Below, piece after piece: positions 23,746-29,338 of a stretch of DNA of 29,338 nt. The position numbers and the translations under genes were made by a program. Each line of letters begins with the position of its first letter. Positions within the stretch are counted from its first letter, which is position 1. The stretch covers positions 1 through 29,338 of IMG/VR virus record IMGVR_UViG_3300037458_000308. One strand, given 5' to 3'. The notes beneath the pieces are model-generated. The model saw only the letters and a list, made by a program, of their open reading frames with translations, searched no databases and had not been told where the DNA came from. Origin of the DNA: a virus (lineage: Duplodnaviria > Caudoviricetes).

Positions 23746-25947
23746 TTACCAGCCCGGAGAGGCCGCCGGCGGGGCCGGTTGAGCGGGCCCCGCGGCGCGG
23801 GCGGCCACTGCCGGGCCCAGCGCGGCGATCGCCTGCGCCTCGGCGTCCATCCGCGCAGCCGCGAGGTTGCCCTGCGTCTGCATGGCGGCGATCCGCTCGT
23901 TCGATTTGATGTCCTCCGCCTCGAGCATCTGATCGCCGATCGCGATCCGGCGGTCGAATTCCGCCTGCATCTGCTCCTCCGGCGTGTTGTAGATGCCCTT
24001 GAGGGCGATCTCCTGCGCGCGGAGATGGGGCTCGGCCAGCTCGGACTGCGTCTTGGCGGCGTTCAGCCCGGTCTGACTCTGGAGGTTCGCGATCTTCGCG
24101 CGCGTCTCCTCGAGTTTCAGCTGCTTCTCGGCGATCTCGAGCTGCGCGTTGACCATCATGAGCTGCTGCTGCATCGGGTCCATCTGCGGCTGGGCGCCGG
24201 CGGTCTGCGCGGCCAGCATCTTTTCGTCGCGGGCGATCGACTCCTTGACCATCTCCATCAGCTCCATCCGATTCTGGAGCCCGGTGTTGGCGATGATGCC
24301 CATCAGGACGACCTTGTGCTCGCGCGTGCCCGGCTGGAGCGTCTGCAGGAGCTGGACGAGCTGCTGCGTCTCGTACTCGCGCTGCATGATCCCCGTCGTG
24401 GACGTGGCGAGGAACGTGAAATTGAACGGCTTGTACCGGTCGGGCGCGAACTGCATGTTGCGCCACATCATCTTCTGCAGCGACGGCATCAGGAACCGCT
24501 CGATGACTTGCATCAACGTGCGCTTGTGGCGCTTCACGATGCCCGACAGCGACATCGACACCGCGCCGGAGCGCGCGTCGCCGCTCGCGCCGCGCTGCGC
24601 CATCGCGATCACGTCGAGCGAGCCGGTGGCGCGCTGGACCATCTGATCGAGGGCCTGCGCCTGCTGGTAGGTGTTCTGATCGAGCTGGCCGAACGTGAAG
24701 GGCCGGAGCACGTCGCCCGGGTTCCCGTTCGTCAGGATGCTCTTCCCGGGGTAGACTTCAAACTTGAAGCCGCGCGGCAGGCGCCCCGCGTCCATGCCCA
24801 TCATCGGCGCGGACGTGAACGCGAGCGCGTCCATGCGCGAGCGGAATTCCGCGTCGAGCATCTTCGAGGACGTGATCCCCTTCTCGCACACGCCGCGGCC
24901 CCAAAAGCGGCCCGGGACCAAGTCCCACGGCGCGCCGACGACGCTGCGGTCGCGCATGATGTACGGCGTCTCGACCGCCTTCAGGCAGCCCGACTTGTTG
25001 GCGATGACGACGATCGCCTCGACCATGTCGTACTCGTCGACTTCGGCCGGCTCTTCCGTACCGTCTTCGTTGCGCTTCGGCGCCTCGGGGATGAGGAAGC
25101 CGCGCGGCACGAGCCCGTAGTAGCGGATCACGTGGGCCTTGTCGGCCGTGTGCTCGGTCGTCACCTGCGGGTCCGCGGTCAGGTCCGTGTCGCCGCTCGA
25201 CGCCTCGAGGTCGATGTCGAAGTACGTCTCGTCGCGCACGCCCGCGGCCAGCTCGTGCAGGCCGACGTACTCCTCGATCGCGCAGCCCATGCCGTCGTTG
25301 ACGGTGCGGGCGTTGGGGTCGATCAGGAAGTTTCGCGGGTTGATGGAGCGCAGGTAGGAGTAGGTGACTTCCTTCTCGACGACCCCCATCTCGTAGCCCG
25401 TCTCCGGGTCGCCCTGCGGGATGATGTCGCGCACGGTGATCGTGCGGGTCTGCACTTCGCCGAGGAGCGTCCCGTACACCGCGCCGTTGATCAGCGCCTC
25501 GGACACGTTCGACGCGTACTCGACCTTCTGAAGGTCTTCGCGGAGCTGGCGCTTGTTCTGCTCGGTGATCTTCTTCGCCTCGTCGGGGTCTGTGAATTCA
25601 CCCTTGATGTCGAAGAAGTCGCCGCGGCCGAAGACCGCCTCTTCCACTTCGGCGACGAGGTTCTCGACCGCCTCGGAGAGCGCGGGCGTCATCAGCTTCG
25701 ACCGCTCGCTCTTGCGCTGCTTGTCCGCCGGCGAGTAGATCGCGCGCCACGCGCGCTCGTACTCGTCCCACAACGGGAGATGGTTGGAGTCGCGGTGCTG
25801 GCGCCACTCGCCGACCTTCGACGTGACCCAGCCGACGAGCTGATCGTACTTGCCCTTCTTGACGCCCTCTGCCGTCGGCGCCTTGTCGTCGGGGAGGATT
25901 TGGGCTTTGCCCGCGCCCTCGAAGTGCACGACCTCACGTTCCGCCAT
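23746..25947 (-). CDS. Portal protein (podovirus-type), 733 aa
   Basis: Follows the large terminase. RSINPRNFLIDP, PWDLVPGRFWGRGVCE, long Gln-rich coiled-coil C-terminus. SD AGGGAG. Confidence 0.9.
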   Translation of the reverse strand: MAEREVVHFEGAGKAQILPDDKAPTAEGVKKGKYDQLVGWVTSKVGEWRQHRDSNHLPLWDEYERAWRAIYSPADKQRKSERSKLMTPALSEAVENLVAEVEEAVFGRGDFFDIKGEFTDPDEAKKITEQNKRQLREDLQKVEYASNVSEALINGAVYGTLLGEVQTRTITVRDIIPQGDPETGYEMGVVEKEVTYSYLRSINPRNFLIDPNARTVNDGMGCAIEEYVGLHELAAGVRDETYFDIDLEASSGDTDLTADPQVTTEHTADKAHVIRYYGLVPRGFLIPEAPKRNEDGTEEPAEVDEYDMVEAIVVIANKSGCLKAVETPYIMRDRSVVGAPWDLVPGRFWGRGVCEKGITSSKMLDAEFRSRMDALAFTSAPMMGMDAGRLPRGFKFEVYPGKSILTNGNPGDVLRPFTFGQLDQNTYQQAQALDQMVQRATGSLDVIAMAQRGASGDARSGAVSMSLSGIVKRHKRTLMQVIERFLMPSLQKMMWRNMQFAPDRYKPFNFTFLATSTTGIMQREYETQQLVQLLQTLQPGTREHKVVLMGIIANTGLQNRMELMEMVKESIARDEKMLAAQTAGAQPQMDPMQQQLMMVNAQLEIAEKQLKLEETRAKIANLQSQTGLNAAKTQSELAEPHLRAQEIALKGIYNTPEEQMQAEFDRRIAIGDQMLEAEDIKSNERIAAMQTQGNLAAARMDAEAQAIAALGPAVAARAAGPAQPAPPAASPGW

Positions 25948-25958
25948 TGCCTGCTCCC

Positions 25959-27239
25959 TTAGAATCCGATCACGCTGTCCATCGGTCGCCAGTAGGGCTC
26001 GTCGTCGATGTCAGCAAATTGTTCGTACAGGTGGCTCTTCGCCAGCTGCTCAACCATCGCCAGCGAGTCGGGGATGTCGTCGTGCACCAGCCGCGACGGG
26101 AAGTGCACCAGCTGATCCTCGGCCTCGCTGTTCCACGGTGCCCGCCGGAACACGATGTGCCCGTGCTCGAAGCGACCCTGCAACGCCCAAATGATCCTGT
26201 CTTCCTTGCTCTCGTTCGCGTGGGTCAGTGCCTCGACCCGCAGCGGAATCTTGCGCTTCGCCGCGAGGGACACGAGATGCGGCGACACCGCGTTGAAGAG
26301 CGCGCCCTTCTCGATCCCGACGTTCAGCGCCTTGCAGCTCTCGACTGCGTCGACGAATCGGCGCGCAGTCTCCTCGATGCCCCAGCGCCCGTAGTAGATG
26401 TCGCGCACCCACCACTTGCCCTTCGGCGTGATCTTGACCACGCAGATCGACGTGTAGTCGAGTTTGCGCTGCCGGCGGTTCTCGGCGAGCGCCACGTCGG
26501 CGAAGCCCGCCAAGTCCATCGTGACGTACCACTCGCCTTCCTTCGGCTCCTCGTCGTCGTACTTGAACCAGTCCCGCTTGAACTGGTTCGCGCCGCCCGT
26601 CTCGAAGGACGCGAGGTACTCCTGCCGGAACGTCGAGGAGGACATCGACTTCTGCGCGGCCTCCACTTCCTCCGGCGGCAGGAACGGGTTGTCCTTGCTG
26701 GTGAAGTGGTACGCGCCCCACTCGGGGTCGTTCGCGGTCAGGGCGTACTGATACAGATCGTAGAAGTGGTTCCGCCCGTCGGGCGTCCCGATGAAGAGCG
26801 CCCGCCCCTTCACGTCGGAGAGCGTCGGGCGGATGATCGACTCCCACACCGACGGCTTCATCGACGCGTACTCGTCGAGGATCGCATCGAACAGGCCGAC
26901 CCCTCGCATCGTGTCGGGCCGGTCCGACCCCTTGATCGCAATCTGCACGCCGTTCACGAGGTCAACGACACCGTCGTTGATGTGAGACGATTCGATCAAT
27001 GGCGCTACCATGTCCAGCAGCGGGCGCCAGTAGATCGCCTTCACCTGCGGCTGCACCGGTCCGACGATCCACACCGGCTTCTTGCGCACGTTCCGCGGCG
27101 ACAGCGCCGAAGTCACCGCCCTTTTTAGCGCGAGGTCCGACTTGCCGAACCGTCGCCCCGCGGCGAGCACGAGGAATCGGCGCGGGTCGTTGAACACCTG
27201 CATCTGCGCAGGATGCAGGTGCAGGTCAAGCGAGATCAC
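25959..27239 (-). CDS. terL: Terminase large subunit, 426 aa
   Basis: LHPAQ (Q motif), Walker A AAGRRFGKS, Walker B AILDEYA, coupling motif FIGTPDG, nuclease residues MDLAG...DYT and HDDIPDSL. Confidence 0.96.
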   Translation of the reverse strand: MISLDLHLHPAQMQVFNDPRRFLVLAAGRRFGKSDLALKRAVTSALSPRNVRKKPVWIVGPVQPQVKAIYWRPLLDMVAPLIESSHINDGVVDLVNGVQIAIKGSDRPDTMRGVGLFDAILDEYASMKPSVWESIIRPTLSDVKGRALFIGTPDGRNHFYDLYQYALTANDPEWGAYHFTSKDNPFLPPEEVEAAQKSMSSSTFRQEYLASFETGGANQFKRDWFKYDDEEPKEGEWYVTMDLAGFADVALAENRRQRKLDYTSICVVKITPKGKWWVRDIYYGRWGIEETARRFVDAVESCKALNVGIEKGALFNAVSPHLVSLAAKRKIPLRVEALTHANESKEDRIIWALQGRFEHGHIVFRRAPWNSEAEDQLVHFPSRLVHDDIPDSLAMVEQLAKSHLYEQFADIDDEPYWRPMDSVIGF

Positions 27240-27674
27240 TCAGTCAAACTCCGACTCGGTCGTGTCGTCCAGCTCGTCGTCCTCGAGGGACGCGAACTGG
27301 TCTTCCCGTTTTTCCGAATCGCCCTCGACCATCTCCTTCGCCGAGGCGAGGTCCGAGCCGAGGATGAACGACTGGCCGGCTTCGCTGGCCTTGCGCAGGA
27401 GCATGTTCTGCGTCGTGGAGGGCAGCGCCTCGAAGCATTCGAGCGCGGCCTTCTGCTCCTCGGACAGCGCCATCCCTTCGCCGAATTCGCGGCGGATGCG
27501 CTCCTTCGGGGAGAGCGCGGCGAACGGCAGGCGCGTCTTGTCCGCGAAGCCATACTCGCCGGCCTCGCTCTCGCCTTGCTCCGCGCCGTCCTCCTTCTCG
27601 GGGGCTTCCGGCGGGCCTTCGTGCATCTCGTCGCCGCCCATCGGCGCGCCGAGTACGATCGTGATCTGCGGCAT
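27240..27674 (-). CDS. Highly acidic hypothetical protein, 144 aa
   Basis: Coupled on both sides: TGATG overlap upstream, and the terL GTG follows its TGA directly. Very Glu/Asp-rich. Confidence 0.75.
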   Translation of the reverse strand: MPQITIVLGAPMGGDEMHEGPPEAPEKEDGAEQGESEAGEYGFADKTRLPFAALSPKERIRREFGEGMALSEEQKAALECFEALPSTTQNMLLRKASEAGQSFILGSDLASAKEMVEGDSEKREDQFASLEDDELDDTTESEFD

Positions 27675-28354
27675 CAGCTTGCTCCTTCCACGTCGGTAAC
27701 ATCCGCCGTTGGCGTAACGTCGATCGTGTTACCGTGCGGCTTCACGTTACCGACCACGTTGATCGTGATCTGCGGCTGCATCTTGCCGGCGGCCTCCTCG
27801 AGGCCAGCCTCCTTGATCGCCAGCGCCTGAAACGCCTTGCGCGGCACGATGCGATCGAGAAACTCCTTCAGCGCAAACTCGTGGTACGGCGAGGACGGGT
27901 CGCTCGCATACATCGCCAGCAGCTCCATGATGACCGGGGCCTCGCGGTTCAGCACGTCGGCCCCCGCCTGCATGGAGAGGATCGTCGTCAGCCGGCGCGA
28001 AATCCCGTGCATGTCCTTCAGCCCGGACACCTTGCGCTGGAGGATCGCCGCCCTGCGGCGCGCCTCGGCCAGCGTGGCGGGCGGCTCGGTGATCACGGCC
28101 AACAGCTTGTCCGCAGGCAACCCCGCATCGGCCACCGCCTGCAACTTGACCGCCTCCTTCACCACCGGGTCCTTCGTCTGCTTGAGGCCGCCCTTCGTCT
28201 TGCGGTCGATCTCGCACTGCAGACACCGCTTGCGCACGAAGTGCCCGCCGGGCATGACGCGCCAGAAGTCCTCCGTGAGAGGCTTCGTCTTTTGGCACTC
28301 GGGGCAGCGGCACTCGGACAGAGTATCCCCGCCAGTAGCAGATGCGGCGTCCAT
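27674..28354 (-). CDS. Putative terminase small subunit with N-terminal C4 zinc finger, 226 aa
   Basis: ATG at 28354. CPEC...CLQC, helical core (FALKEFLDRIVP), C-terminal QITINVVG...TIDVTP strand typical of TerS tails. First gene of the packaging operon. Confidence 0.6.
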   Translation of the reverse strand: MDAASATGGDTLSECRCPECQKTKPLTEDFWRVMPGGHFVRKRCLQCEIDRKTKGGLKQTKDPVVKEAVKLQAVADAGLPADKLLAVITEPPATLAEARRRAAILQRKVSGLKDMHGISRRLTTILSMQAGADVLNREAPVIMELLAMYASDPSSPYHEFALKEFLDRIVPRKAFQALAIKEAGLEEAAGKMQPQITINVVGNVKPHGNTIDVTPTADVTDVEGAS

Positions 28355-28358
28355 GTTC

Positions 28359-28391
28359 TCAGTATAGCACGCGTGTTGCGCAAACGCTCGG
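28359..28391 (-). promoter_or_regulatory. Late promoter, copy 1: CCGAGCGTTT-N10-CGTGCTATACTGA
   Basis: Extended -10 TGcTATACT ends 6 nt before the ATG at 28354. Matches the copy at 22131-22162. Confidence 0.7.
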
Positions 28392-28460
28392 TTGACGCGT
28401 ATTGCAGTCAACCCCGCGCTCGAGGGGCTGGTTGACGCGTATCGTAGTCAACCCCGCGCT
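28390..28460. repeat. Two 31-bp direct repeats (40-bp period), each containing the palindrome GGTTGAC-N10-GTCAACC; putative operators
   Basis: ggttgacgcgtattgcagtcaaccccgcgct (28390-28420) and ggttgacgcgtatcgtagtcaaccccgcgct (28430-28460). Confidence 0.85.
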
Positions 28461-28761
28461 GGGTACGGTTGCGCCCGTATTGGGTGCGGGCGTTGCGGAG
28501 TCTGAGATGGGCGGGCGGACTCCGCAAAGGTGTCAACTATTCGACATATACCTGAAAATACCCCTCGCATGTGCGGCGCTGGGTCCCAAAATTGGATCGC
28601 GGCCCGCAACCCCCCGCCCCCCTCCCCCCGTTAGCACTCACTAACGTCAGTGAGCGCTCGCGACCTAGCACGAGGCGTGCCCGAATAGCAGGCCGCAGCA
28701 AGCACGCGGCAGCCCGCGGCCCGAGCCGCAGCGGGCGAGCGGCGGCCGCGCCTCGTGCTCC

Positions 28762-28890
28762 CCGCATTTCGCATTCCGCAATCCGGTTTCCGCAATCCGG
28801 TTTCCGGCAGCGTGCACGAGGCGGGCGCTTTTGGCGTGCTTGCTGCAGGCTGCAGGCTGCAGAGTGCGGGCGGCGGGCGGCAGAGTGCGA
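28762..28890. repeat. Heptamer-periodic repeat tracts
   Basis: ccgcatt tcgcatt ccgcaat ccggttt ccgcaat ccggttt (28762-28803); gctgcag x3 agtgcgg gcggcgg gcggcag agtgcga (28842-28890). Confidence 0.75.
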
Positions 28891-29050
28891 GAGGCGCGCC
28901 GGGTACACTATGCGCCGGTCAGCCGGCCGGCGAGCCGTTGCGCATAGCGGAATGGCATTGCGGATTACGGGACTGTTATAACTAGGACAAATGGCGGCCG
29001 AAGACAAGCGATGCCGCCGGCCGGCGCTGGAGCCCGCTACCATCCCGAGC

Positions 29051-29110
29051 CGCCGAGCCGCGCCCGCCGATCGCCGAGCCGCGCCCGCCGATCGCCGAGC
29101 CGCCGCCCGC
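29051..29110. repeat. 21-bp tandem repeat: two perfect copies plus a degenerate third
   Basis: cgccgagccgcgcccgccgat at 29051 and 29072, partial copy from 29093. Confidence 0.85.
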
Positions 29111-29241
29111 GCTCCGGCCGCTACAGGCCCGCGCATCGGCCAGCGTCCCGCGCAGCGCGCGCACGGCAGCCGCGCCGGCCACGAATTAAATGCAGCGCGC
29201 CAGCGGTTGCCCGTCAATCGGCCAGCCCGTAAACGTAAAGC

Positions 29242-29283
29242 GTAAAACGCTCTCCCCCTTATAGGGGGGAGAGAGCGTTTTAC
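29242..29283. repeat. Long inverted repeat / cruciform
   Basis: 13-bp perfect arms gtaaaacgctctc / gagagcgttttac enclose cccct-tat-agggg. Flanked by GTAAA iterations. Confidence 0.85.
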
Positions 29284-29338
29284 ACACGCCATATTTTACA
29301 AGCGTAAACTCCCAAGCTATTGATTACAAAGGGATGTA

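Noticed and set aside
28390-28460. Possible mini CRISPR array (31-bp palindromic repeats)
   Set aside because: Only two copies with a 9-bp spacer and no cas genes. Better explained as operators.
28631-28660. CIRCE (HrcA operator)-like sequence TTAGCACTC
   Set aside because: Only the left arm is perfect. The spacer is 12 rather than 9 nt and the right arm (GAGCGCTCG) is degenerate. No chaperone gene nearby.
28537-29292. 251-aa minus-strand ORF and overlapping plus-strand ORFs, including 28991-29245
   Set aside because: Ala/Arg-rich translations of DNA repeats with no protein-like features. The 28991 ORF has a weak TATAAC/AGGA upstream, but that is insufficient support.
1-29338. Stop-codon reassignment, tRNA genes, introns/inteins in terminase or capsid
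   Set aside because: TAA, TAG and TGA all terminate genes at sensible positions. Core genes are of normal length and uninterrupted. No cloverleaf recognised by eye.

Overview
The window is a GC-rich, collinear late (virion morphogenesis and lysis) region of a tailed dsDNA phage with podovirus-type architecture. Essentially all genes are on the minus strand. Read right to left, it contains: a ~1 kb non-coding, repeat-rich control or terminus-like region; a Zn-finger-bearing putative small terminase; an acidic protein; large terminase; portal; two small conserved proteins, one an FmdB-like Zn ribbon; scaffold; major capsid; a putative decoration protein; a GT-A glycosyltransferase; a block of small structural and fibre genes including a LamG/ConA-like fibre; a main tail fibre; adaptor; nozzle; four to five internal (ejection) proteins; and a lysis/accessory cassette (membrane protein, SPFH protein, exported trypsin-like protease, GH24 endolysin, LPD23/zincin protein, 3TM holin truncated at the left edge). 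I saw no integrase, replication gene, tRNA or CRISPR array. The most unusual signals are non-coding: a shared C/ACAA internal-loop RNA hairpin in the scaffold and capsid leaders, a three-way-junction RNA after the portal whose loop is complementary to the next gene's duplicated RBS, and a bipartite phage-specific late promoter used twice. All protein calls come from motif recognition and synteny, not database searches.
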